Source: Trichinella spiralis (lineage: Eukaryota). From it: a DNA stretch of 28,927 nt. Positions 1 through 10,726 of this stretch are shown here, one piece after another. Location of the stretch: positions 7,771,566-7,800,492 of the forward strand of contig NW_003526943.1 in assembly GCF_000181795.1 (NCBI RefSeq), written 5' to 3'. The notes below the pieces were generated by a model. It was not told the origin of the DNA. It worked only from the letters and a program-made list of their open reading frames with translations, and did not search any database. The translations under genes were made by a program, and so were the position numbers. The number at the start of each line of letters is the position of its first letter. The stretch's first letter is position 1.

Positions 1-27
1 AAATTATTTAAAAAATAAAAAAAATAC

Positions 28-161
28 GCTTCATATCCAGTTGAAAATGCACAGATATTTTGATACATGTCACTGTAGAGATCAATGCCGCTGAACATTT
101 TCAGCGTACAGTCAGGATTACAAGCACAACGATAGCCGGAAACGTCTCCTCTCATATTCAT
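28..161 (-). CDS. Possible first coding exon of an unidentified gene running off the left edge, divergent from the Rb-like gene
   Basis: Minus strand ATG at 161 gives MNMRGDVSGYRCACNPDCTLKMFSGIDLYSDMYQNICAFSTGYE, then a GC|GTATTT donor. A TTTTTAG acceptor lies ~40 nt upstream. No family recognised. Confidence 0.3.
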
Positions 162-1004
162 ATTTTCCAAAAAAAGAAACAATAATCAAATGTATATTAC
201 TAAAAATTGAAATTAAATTGAAAAAAGAGAATTTTATTTTTTTAATAATAAAAGTCAGCCAGACAATCAGATTCAATTTCAGATGTGGAGTTCAAATTAG
301 TTTTCTCAACGTTCAACAAGTCAAAAATGACGCTACCAAAGTTAACAGAACGGATATAAATTAAAAGTGTAAAACATTTTTTCTTCATGCTACTTTCACG
401 GTAAATAATTTACCATTGGCCTTCATTTGTAATTAGAATATTTGAATAAGAATTCAAATTTTAACAATATACGCTATTATAATTATACGTCAGAAACTGT
501 TCGCAATTGATTTATTTGATGTAAATCGTGTATGTTCGAAAATTATCGGATATTTTTAAATTCAAATTTAATTTTTATCATAATTTTAATACATTCTTAA
601 GCAATCGCGTAAACAGATAGTAACTACAGTATAGCACTTCAATTAAGATGTAAGAAAATAATAAAACATTTTAGACATTTAATTATATAAAATAATATTT
701 TAAAAATATTTTAAGATATATTTTTTATTTATAATTAATATTCATGTTAATTTCAGGCATAATTTTATGTGCTAATTTGTTAATTGGAATTTTAAAAGAA
801 CTTCCGCATCTCAGTCTGTAAAAAATAATTTTAATTTTTTCTTAATAATAAATTTATTTTTAAAATTAATTTCAGTTAATAATTGCATTTTAATAAATAA
901 TCACGAAAATTTACAGAGCACTTTTTGTGCTACAGTATTCACGCCTGCTTTTCTATTCTATACCATAAATTAGTTGCATTGTGCTTCGAACGGTTTTGAG
1001 TGCG

Positions 1005-3845
1005 ATGGAAGGCGCGACGGAGGAAAATTTGGAATTGCAATTCAGAGAGCTTTGTAAGAGTTTGTTGTTGGGAGACGCGAGAATTGACATCGCTTGGCGC
1101 GGGTTTGAAGCGGTCCGGCGTCAGTGTCTCCTTTCTGATGATCCGATGAAATGGCTCGCTTGTTCAGTGTATGTCGCTTGTTGGCTATGTTCGTCGTCGG
1201 TCGCTCCTCCCGCGGACCGAAAAGCGCTTCCAGTTGACATAATGAAAACATTCAACGTGCCCATCGTACAGTTTTTCGACAGTATTGTCAAATGGGTGGA
1301 CATGGCCAACATGACGCCACGATCCTACCAGCATGTTGTACGATTGGAAAACAGTTTTGCAGTGTCTACTGTACTGTTTAGTCGATTTTTGTCAATTTTT
1401 TCAAAATTAATCTCTACCGACGATGTGAAAATCAGCTCAGCAGATGGTGGTGAGTACAGTACACCTTGTAAAAAGTTGAAATCAAACAATGACCCAGTTA
1501 CATCACAGTCGATGAAAGAATTTGCCTGGTTATTGTGGATTTACATTCGTAAATCGATAGGTGGTATATCGGACAATTTGATACACGGTTTCAATTTACT
1601 GCTTTGCATGTTTGACACTGTAATTAGCAATGTTTCGTTGGTGGAAGAGAAAGAATTGTTTAAAGTTGATTCGTTGCCCACATGCGATGGTCGTTTATTG
1701 GACGCTCTTTGTTTGAAATTCGACGCCGTGGTGATGGATGTGAAATTTGCCCGAGCAGAATGGTGGGCTCCGAAACTTCAAGCTCTGATAGCGTCGTCGA
1801 TTTTGAAAGGCGATTCGAAAACGTTCACCAGTTTGCTCACCGGCGACAACTTCCGGTTCAACTTGGACTCGTTGCACAAGCATTACGAAGAGCTGTTGCT
1901 GAAGAAAGGGGATTTGGACGAGCGAATTTTTCTCAACGAAGTCGACTACAGTCTGCTGCAAAGTGGTGCCAAGAAGAAGTCGCCATCCAGAACACCGGAC
2001 AAGAGCGAATCGACCAGCCACGCCGAGTTTTGTTTGTCATTGGTAAAGCCGGTGGTGATGCGCACTCCGCTGAGCTGCCGGTATCCACCCAAACAGCAAG
2101 ACGATCTTCTACTGGTCGACGGTGACAATCCCCGAGTTTCGGAACCGGTGGCCGCTTTGCAAGCGATGATCGATTCGTACCGCGACGTGAGGGACGGCTT
2201 TTTGCGGATCGCGTTCAGCCAAGTGACGCCCAATCCCATGTGTTACGTATTTTCGTTGATGGACGCCATGGGCGAGGAATTCATCAACGCTTACAAATTG
2301 CTCAGCAAGGATGCGGACGATTTGGAACATTCGTTGGCCGTTGCTGTGCAACGTCGACACTGCGCCGATGGTCTTTTTCAACGTTTGCTGACAAAAATTG
2401 TCCGCACAGAACGGAATCGATCTTCAATTTTGGATTTAAGCGAAGCAATTGTGCACGAAGAATTTGTATTCAGCTTGTACGCGGTCTGCGTCGAGTTGGT
2501 GCTGTTTACTTATGGTAGTGGCGATTTGTTTCCATGGGCAATGGAGAACGTCGTCCACCAGACGCCGTTTCATTTTTACAAAGTAATAGAGGTGGTGATC
2601 AAGAATGAAAAGGAACTCAGCCGAGACTGTGTAAAGCACTTGAACATCATTGAAGAGAGAATTTTGGAAGAGCTGGTCTGGGAAGAGTCGTCTCCGCTGT
2701 GGACCGAGACGGGCGAGTGCCGTGTGCCGACCAGTGTGGAAATTTCGTCCAAAAGTCCCCGCATCATGCACTATTACAGACCGGTGCAGAAGTTCGCTTT
2801 CGCCAGGAACGGTCGACCCATTTGCCGGCGTTTGGAAATGAACCGTACGTCGAGTATTCGTTTCAATTCGACCCTGGCCAGACCCACTGGCGGCTCGTCG
2901 GCGGCGGAGCACATGATCAAAATTAGCACAGTCAACGTGGCGAAAAAGCCGATCCCTGCCATGGCCATTACCGAACTAACCAATCAGGAGAAAAGCCAAT
3001 CCGTTGCCGAGGAGACGCGCTCGCCGAGCAGTACTATAACGATGTTTTTCAAAAAGTTGTACTATTTGATAAGCATCCGGTTGAACGACCTGTGCGATCG
3101 GTTTCGCGTTGCTGAGAATGTGAAATTGCAAACTTGGGCGTTGATCGAACGCGTGTTGTGCAGTCACATGACACTGCTGAAAGGGCGCCATTTGGATCAG
3201 ATAATTATGTGCTGCTTGTACGCGATGTCCAAAGCGACGCACAACGAAGCACTGTTCAGAGATATAATATCCATTTACAGAGGCCAACCGCAGGCCAAGA
3301 GTCGTGTTTACCGTTGTGTACGGCTGGATCCGGCGACGACCGGCAATAACAACAACAGCAAAGATGATGAGAATGATGAAGCGGTCCCACAGCAGCAGCA
3401 GCAACAGCAACATGCTATTACAAGTCACGTTGAATACGGGGATATTACGGAATTTTACAATCGCAATTTCATTGACGTCGTGCGAGGTGACATCGCGTCG
3501 ATGCTGCAAACCGACAGCGAAGGAGGTGAACCCACACCGCCGGTGTCGCCATTTCCGACCAATCGTTTGATGTCGGTGACGAAAAAGTCCGTCACGTGCG
3601 GTATATACTTGTCGCCGTTGAAAGTTGTACCTCCGGTCCATTCGTCGCCAATACGACCGATGCGCTATTCGTTTTACAGAAGTTCGATTCGAGATTTGAA
3701 AATGATCAACACGATGATGGATTCGAGCTCGGAACGGGGCGTGGAACGAGTTGGACCGCCGGTTCGTCGGGCGCTGTTCGGCAGAGGTGCTCCTGAACCA
3801 CCGACACAGCGCAAATGGACGCGGCCCTCTTCCACCAACTTGTGA
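1005..3845 (+). CDS. lin-35: Retinoblastoma-family pocket protein (RBL/p107-p130/LIN-35-like), single coding exon, ~946 aa
   Basis: First ATG at 1005 in the 981..3845 ORF. N-terminal WLACSVYVAC. RB_A pocket LFPW..FHFYKVIEVVIK..LSRDCVKHLNIIEERILEELVW..SPLW. RB_B pocket FFKKLYYL..RHLDQIIMCCLY..YRGQPQAKSRVYRCV..GDITEFYN. C-terminal IYLSPLK, RDLKMINTM and RxL-type VRRALF, with many S/T-P sites. Confidence 0.95.
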   Translation: MEGATEENLELQFRELCKSLLLGDARIDIAWRGFEAVRRQCLLSDDPMKWLACSVYVACWLCSSSVAPPADRKALPVDIMKTFNVPIVQFFDSIVKWVDMANMTPRSYQHVVRLENSFAVSTVLFSRFLSIFSKLISTDDVKISSADGGEYSTPCKKLKSNNDPVTSQSMKEFAWLLWIYIRKSIGGISDNLIHGFNLLLCMFDTVISNVSLVEEKELFKVDSLPTCDGRLLDALCLKFDAVVMDVKFARAEWWAPKLQALIASSILKGDSKTFTSLLTGDNFRFNLDSLHKHYEELLLKKGDLDERIFLNEVDYSLLQSGAKKKSPSRTPDKSESTSHAEFCLSLVKPVVMRTPLSCRYPPKQQDDLLLVDGDNPRVSEPVAALQAMIDSYRDVRDGFLRIAFSQVTPNPMCYVFSLMDAMGEEFINAYKLLSKDADDLEHSLAVAVQRRHCADGLFQRLLTKIVRTERNRSSILDLSEAIVHEEFVFSLYAVCVELVLFTYGSGDLFPWAMENVVHQTPFHFYKVIEVVIKNEKELSRDCVKHLNIIEERILEELVWEESSPLWTETGECRVPTSVEISSKSPRIMHYYRPVQKFAFARNGRPICRRLEMNRTSSIRFNSTLARPTGGSSAAEHMIKISTVNVAKKPIPAMAITELTNQEKSQSVAEETRSPSSTITMFFKKLYYLISIRLNDLCDRFRVAENVKLQTWALIERVLCSHMTLLKGRHLDQIIMCCLYAMSKATHNEALFRDIISIYRGQPQAKSRVYRCVRLDPATTGNNNNSKDDENDEAVPQQQQQQQHAITSHVEYGDITEFYNRNFIDVVRGDIASMLQTDSEGGEPTPPVSPFPTNRLMSVTKKSVTCGIYLSPLKVVPPVHSSPIRPMRYSFYRSSIRDLKMINTMMDSSSERGVERVGPPVRRALFGRGAPEPPTQRKWTRPSSTNL

Positions 3846-4969
3846 AAACCAACCTGAAAATCTCTCCATCTGCCGCTGTGTTCGCTTTTTTATTATTATC
3901 TCTCATTTGTTGTTCACTTTTTATTTTTTTGTTATTTTTGTTTATTTAATTACGTTTGATTTGTTTTCTTTTTTTTGCATGATATTATGAAAAAAAATAT
4001 TTATTTATTCATTTATTGATGTTGCTTGATGACTTGAAAGATTCGTCTGTTGGTGAAGTTGATGTTCAGTTTTTTTTGTCTGCCATTTTATTAACAAAGT
4101 AGCTGTGTGCCATTTGCATGAACAGGTGGTGTACAATTCTGTGAATTGAATCCGCTTTTAGGTGGCAATGAACGTGCGATAATATAATTAATTATTAGTC
4201 TGTATGGTTGGAAGCAATATGAAGTGTATGTATATCACACGAGCTTTATTATTTTTTTCTTTTACAAATCTGTCATTTTTGCCCCTTCTTTCTTTAACAA
4301 TAACGACAGTGTAAAAACTGTTGTCACGGTTGTGAATTGTTTTTGTTGGTTGCTTCAATAGTTAGATGATTTGTTTGTTGTTTGTCAGGAATGAATGATC
4401 ACAGCAATGATTTGAAATTAGTGATTTTGAACGCATAATTGGAAGAAATTATTCAGTAAAACGACCCACGCCCACTGTCAATATCCCAATTTCGGCTGTC
4501 AAGATATCGTATTTTCAACAACAAAGAACAGCACCAATGATTTTAAAAATTTACATTAAATTTTATTTGAAATGGTGCCTGATGACATTAAAAACAATCA
4601 CGATTGAAATACAGTATATTCGTTGTTGTTTCAAAGAAAATAATTATCCTTTGCAATGTGTAAATCGAAGAAACCGCACAGCTGTTGTTTTCACATGCTC
4701 TAAATGGGCTGGAATTTACTTGAAAAAGTTTCCTGATCATCTTTATGAATGATCGGAATAATTTTCTTCTTCATCAGTTTTTTTTTCTGTAAATCTTTCC
4801 TTTCGCTAATGTATTGTGAGAAAATGTATTTTCTAGTATTTTTTTAAAAAAGAAATCAATTCTCTACATTCACATTTTGCCATTACGTATAAAAAACCCT
4901 CTAGAACCATCAAACTTTATTCCCATACAATTTTGCAAAACGGATCCTAAAACTGTAAAATACGTTGTA

Positions 4970-6439
4970 TCACGTAGCATCATCGTCTGCTGCCGGCAAA
5001 CAGACATCGTTCAAGCAAAATGGAGCACGACATGTAGGGCAAGGTGACCTGCCAATAATCCAATTTCGAGGCCTCCGAAAATCTTGTCTGGAAACGAACC
5101 ATTTTCCCATACAAGCTAGGCACCTGAATATATATATATATATATATGTACAATTATTTCAAGAGAATAAATCATGAGAAAGAAAAAACTTTCAAATTTA
5201 CCACATCGGACGGCATTTGCACGGAAAACAAGGCATTAGAACGTTCCCTTCTTCGTCCACTTCTGGATCATCATTTTTACAATTCTTCAAAAGCTTAACA
5301 AGTGGCACATACTGAAAGCAACCAATGCAGCATTCTTCTGCCTGGAAAAGAACAAAAATGAAAATCAATCAATCATCATACGTCGCAATTCGTCAATAAG
5401 ATTATTGTCAATTTACCTGCCATTGCGTTTGATCATAACGCATATTTGAGTTGGCCGTTCGTTCGAATATAATTTGAAAACGATCTTCAATTTTAACAGG
5501 TATATTCAAATCGGTCACGTGATGAATGGGTGCCGTCAACTTCGACAACAAGTCAACAAAAAGCAGTGAATTTATTCTAAAAAAAAGAAAATTCTTTGCT
5601 TTCTCCTTTTTAAAAGTAAAATAAATATCATGAAATTATTATTATTATAAAAGAATTGTCGGGTTACATTTTTGAAAATTATTACAAACTATTCATCCAA
5701 TACACACCGCAAAGTGAACGGTTGCATGGGATTTGTCACTGAAGCAACCCTGATATTTACATATTGTGTTTCCAGCAAACCAGATGAACTTCTGTCATAG
5801 GTATCCACGCCAGAAACACACAACACGGCGTCCCTCTGATTTATCAAATGAACAGACCACGTATCAATTAATATAATCCAATTATTTGTAACTATAACTC
5901 GTGTGGTGCCCAGGCCGACCAAAAATTTCTCCATATCTTTATATTCTTCGTCGATTGCCGCGGCAACATTTCGCCAATTCGAATCATACGTTTTCAACCG
6001 TTTCACAATTGGATGACCGCTCCAATCGTCTTTCTGATAATAAACAACAGCACCAACGGCAACGGCAATTATAATATATGACAGAAGCAAATATAACGAC
6101 CAAAATATCTGATACTTCAAGTAGCGTTCTGTAAAGTGGTCAACAAATACCGTAAGAAAGGAAATGTAACCTGTAATGGAAAAGAAATTATATTTAAAAA
6201 GCTAGTGAAAAGAGGAAAAATCCACAATTACCATACGGAAGAAGGCTTCTTATTAAAATCAGGCCGGATGTTCGTAGAATATGATGATCAATAAAACTGG
6301 CCCTTTCTTCTCGTAAAATACACTTTAAAAACGATTCCGCCGTAAATCCAAGTGATACAAGTTCATCAGGTGGAGCAACCGCAGCAAGAACAATAAATAT
6401 ATAAAGAAATGTGCAAAATATAAATTCTACATCCACGCC
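4970..6439 (-). CDS. TMEM129: E3 ubiquitin-protein ligase TMEM129 (ERAD; N-terminal TM helices, C-terminal C4C4 RING). Exons 6439-6232, 6170-5708, 5576-5417, 5341-5202, 5123-4970; start codon not located
   Basis: GT-AG introns join in frame. Product includes FIDHHILRT..RSLLPYGY, WSGHPIVKRL, RVIVTNNW, CIGCFQ..VKLLKNC, CKCRPMWCLACMGKWFVSRQD..PCPTCRAPFCLNDVC, matching the TMEM129 sequence as I recall it. Stop TGA at 4972-4970. Confidence 0.92.
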
Positions 6440-7424
6440 CTAAAATGAATAATATCATACATGAGAAATTATTCATTTCTTAGCGATAATAACAACAATG
6501 AAACAGGGCAATAAACAACCTATTTATCAATTTTAATTATTCTTCAGAAATTATAAATAAATAAATATATATATATATATATAACAAAATTTTCATTGTT
6601 ATCCACATAAAAACGAGCTCAAATACGGCATATTATTGAAAAAAATTATTCCCATTATATTTAACGTTGATGTTATTTGTTCATATTTCAAAGGATTGTT
6701 TATTATTTTTATACTGCAACAAAGACTTGCTGCATGCCTAAGATAACAAAAAAAATTTCACTACCATAAGTTTGCATTCAAAATCGTCTGATATGCTACG
6801 GATTTCGAAATAACTGCAATCTGGTAATACGTTGATCAAAACAACTGCTCCTCGGAACTTACAACGCGCTACCCAATTCTAGGCTTACTGTACTTATATA
6901 AATAAAGGTCATTTTCATATTCTTACAGTACGGAATTTAATCCAAATGAACATTTTAGCATTGTTTTGAAAACTGCACAGTAAGAATAAGTTCTGAAGAC
7001 ATGAAGTTGTGTCAATCATGGGCAATTTTTTATGAGAAAAAAAATTATCCTAAATATTAATCAGAAAATTATTAAAAATTATAATTATCAAGAAATTCGA
7101 CAAAAATAATTAATCATATTTATTTATTGAACAAATTATTTTCGCAAAAAATAAAATAATTGCAAATAATTGAAATTTTTTTTGATTTACTTCATTTTTT
7201 GATATTTATTTAAAATTAAAATATTTAAAATTGAAATATATATTTTAAAAAGTATATTTGCTTTAATTTTTACAATAAATTAATCTCGAAATGGCTGCAC
7301 TTCCGCATTAGCATTGTAATGGCCTACATAATAGGATAAAACCTGAATTTCTTTAATTACAGATTTTGGCAAAATTGCATTTTCTTGGATAGGGGTTTTA
7401 CGTTTGGATTATAATTAACAAATC

Positions 7425-8822
7425 ATGGACATGCAATTGAACGTCTGCTTGAATCCGGCCATATTATCTTTTATTATTTATGACAGTACTAATGCGGTTT
7501 GTGATTACGAAGGCTTGGTTTATGGCTCGGTGACGCATCACACGTATCTGCCCTACTCCGATTCATCTGGTTCGGATCATAATGAAGTTTACGTTACAGA
7601 CGTGAACATTGAACGCTTTATTACGTGTGGTTCGGCATTTTCCTTCTACAATCGTCATTTCGACATCAACACAGCCTTTGTGGAACAGGTTATGATTTTT
7701 GTTTCATAATTTAAATTGCAATTTATTTTGCTTTGTCATTTTGTAAAGTGTACGAGAAAGCATGTAGGTAGATTTGTTTTTTTTGAAAAAACGAAAAGAT
7801 TTATTTTCCGCTGTAGGTGAGCAAGCAAATTTCGGATGAAGCTGAAAATTACGGTCTGCTCGGCTGGTTCCGGTTCCAGCGTCAGCCGGGGCACATGTTT
7901 CGAAGTCGCCTCGAGACGGCCGTCAGCAACAAACTGTGCAGTGTCAACTCGCCCACCAAGAGCTTCTGCAAGGAAGGGGTTCTGTTTTTCGTCATCAACG
8001 AGACGGTGGACCTCAGGAACGGTTTTGTCGGCCAGACCGCCTACCAGCTTTACCGGCTCGAAGTGGCGTCGTCGCGGCTCAGAAGGCTCATGCTCAAACT
8101 GGTGAACGCCAACTCGACCGGTGTGGCGCAGTATCTGAAGCGTGGCACCATGCCTTGTCCGAAAATTTCCCCCAAACACTTCGACATCAACGTGGGCAAC
8201 ATTGGCGAGCAAGGCGACCTGCTGAAGAGAAGCGCCACTGCCACCAGCGGCTTCTACGTGAAGAGTGTCAAGAATGCTTTATGTCAGGTACTTTCAGCAG
8301 CCGAAGATTGTCTGCTGTACTGTAGGCTTAGTTTGTTAGCATCGTCATCATTGTTGCAGGTTGAAAAGAATGAAAATTTGTTAGGCCAGTGTTCGTCGGT
8401 TTCGGCGATGGAGCTGAGCAAAGCGGTGGACATGTCGTTGATCTGTGGCTATTGTCCAATACAGAGCACCGACTCCAAGCAAGCACAGCAGCCTTGGTGC
8501 GTTCGACCGGAAGTTTATCCTCAAGAAGAGGAGCAGCAAGTTTGTTTATCTCTGTTGTTGTTGTTGTTTGTTATTGTAATTTTTTGATCTCAATGTCTAG
8601 AGCGATTCACTTTCGTCCAGTAGTTTTGTCGGTTTTGAAAATCATCCTAGCAGTTCTTCCACAGCGGAGATTGTTCAAGTTTCGAGGTAAATTTGATATT
8701 TTTCTCATTTTATGCTTTTGTAAATTTGTATTTCTATGCTAAGTGATGAAAACTGTGATACTGGCATCCCGGAGGATCCGTGCACTTCATTTCAGATGCT
8801 GAAAGGCGTCGACGATTGCTGA
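7425..8822 (+). CDS. Abraxas/FAM175-family (BRCA1-A/BRISC scaffold, MPN- domain) protein, ~359 aa. Exons 7425-7688, 7817-8287, 8360-8539, 8601-8686, 8744-8822
   Basis: DYEGLVYGSV..YSDS..CGSAFSFYN..LLGWFRFQR parallels the FAM175B N-terminus (DHEGFLLGEV..ISDS..CSKLFSFYD..VIGWYRFRR). All introns are GT-AG and phase-consistent. The last two exons are less certain. Confidence 0.75.
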
Positions 8823-9050
8823 TTGATGTTGTATATTGCTTTTTTTTAAGATGAAGAGAAGAAAACATGAAAACTTCCTTATATATAAATCTTTGAATAA
8901 AATTATTAAATTATCTTATTTTATTTTAACTCTCAATGCAGCAACTTTACACATACTTTTGCAATAAATTTATTCTATCAGTACATATACTACGTATATA
9001 CATATATATTTTATCCATTCTTACCTGGCTGATTTTGTTTCCTATTCAGA

Positions 9051-10726
9051 ATGATTGACGGCAATAACAGCAGTGATGATGAAGAATTTAAAAGAAAATG
9101 GAATTCATTCAGAGAGCCTCCTAAACCGTTCAACTTTGAGCAATGCGTGGAAGTAAAATAATTTTTCACTGTTTTAATTTGCTATATATCATTAAATTTA
9201 ATTTTCTTTTTTGGGAAATTGAATCACATCCTGCGTTTATGAAACAACTGCCTGAAGATGACAAACCCATGTCTGAAGCTATGCAAGCGCTGCAAGCTCT
9301 GAAATACGGTTCAGATCAGCCGCCTGAAGGTACAATGAAAATTTACAAAATTGTATTATTATTATTAAACTTCTTGTTAAATGTACATCTTTGGAATTGT
9401 TTCAGAATTGGCTATGGAATACAAGATAGATGGAAATGAGTGGTTTTTGAAAGGCAAGTACGACACTGCAATAAAGAGCTACACGGAAGGAATAAAATTG
9501 CACTGTTCGGACAAAAATCTCAACAGCATTCTTTACGCTAACAGGGGAGCTGCGCATTTTTTATTAAGTAAAATTTCTCTTCAAATCATTGAATATCAAA
9601 TATGATTAAATTTGAATAATTTTAGAAAATTTTCGTTCATGCCTTAAAGATTGCAGTCGAGCGAAAATGTTAAATCCTACTCACAAGAAAGCGATCAAAC
9701 GAGGTGTGAAGAAGTTGATTCATTCAAACAGATTGTGAAAAAGAAAAAAATGCTCCAAGTTTTTTCGTTTTCCAGGCGTTCAGTGCTTGATTTCACTGGG
9801 TGAATTCGACGCAGCATTCGACTGGCTTCAAGAACTGAAAGCACAAGCTTCTTCTGACAGTGAGCTGGACGAGATGAAGTCGTTGGAAACGGCCATTGCA
9901 GAACAACGCAACGCACGCTTTGAATTGGAAAAGTTGAGAGAGCGTGAAGCTGAAAAAGAAGCCACCGAAAGCACTTCACTTTTTCTCGCACTGACGGTCC
10001 GTCCGTTTCATTATTATTATTATTATTATTATTAAACTTTGTGATTGTGATAATTTAAATTTATTTCTATCTCTTTTTTCCATTTTCAGCACAGGCGAGT
10101 GAAATTCAAAGGGAAGAAGCTGCAGTTGGGGAATTTCAAAGTTGCCGATTTTGAAGTTCCTCTGCTGGCCGAATCTTGTAGAGTTCACCTGAAGGATGGG
10201 TTCCTGTTGTGGCCCGTTCTTTTCAGAAATGCGGAACACGAGTCGTTGGGTTTGATCAAAGATTTTCATGAACAATTGAAGTAGTCGAATTGTAATAATT
10301 TCAGTCAAATTGAATTTACCTCTTTTTTGTTGCAATCAGATTTGAAGAACAATTGCAAGAGATGGCCAAAGAAGATCCATTCTACAATCCTCTTGATGTT
10401 GAAGTACAAATTTTTCTCCACTTAAACTGTTTCTTGTTTGTGGAAAATATTTGCATGAAATTATTTTCAGCTTTATTTTTACTCATGTTTGGAACCGGAT
10501 ACGTTGGTGTTTGTGCCGTTGGGACAGAAACTGGGTGCCGCTCTAAGTCATGAACAGTAAGAGTGTATCTGGTCGATTTGCGAACGTTCACTTTACTATA
10601 CTTAACGTCGTCAATTTATTTTTCAGCTATGAAATTTCCGACAACTTGCCCGATTTTTATTGCATCAACAAAACGACTTCGTATCATGCACAATTTTTGA
10701 CAGGAATGAAAGTTATACATTTCTGA
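9051..10726 (+). CDS. TTC4: TPR co-chaperone TTC4/Cns1/Dpit47. Exons 9051-9152, 9215-9329, 9406-9567, 9626-9703, 9776-9996, 10090-10280, 10340-10403, 10471-10556, 10627-10726
   Basis: HPAFMKQLP..ALQALKY, TPRs ELAMEYKIDGNEWF..AIKSYTEGI..SILYANRGAAHFLLKNFRSCLKDC..PTHKKAIKRG, and C-terminal LLWPVLF..LIKDFHE. Phases are consistent. The intron 1 acceptor is non-canonical (see findings). Confidence 0.9.

Noticed and set aside
400..414. GGTAAAT-A-ATTTACC palindrome as a spliced-leader RNA candidate
   Set aside because: No donor site or Sm-binding site at the expected spacing.
2976..3869. 297-aa antisense ORF and other overlapping ORFs in the Rb-like, Abraxas-like and ENT genes
   Set aside because: These are shadow ORFs expected in GC-richer coding DNA and show no recognisable motifs.
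9020..9031. CTTACCTGGCTG resembling the U1 snRNA 5' end
   Set aside because: No U1 stem-loops or Sm site follow; it equals a 5' splice-site consensus on the opposite strand.
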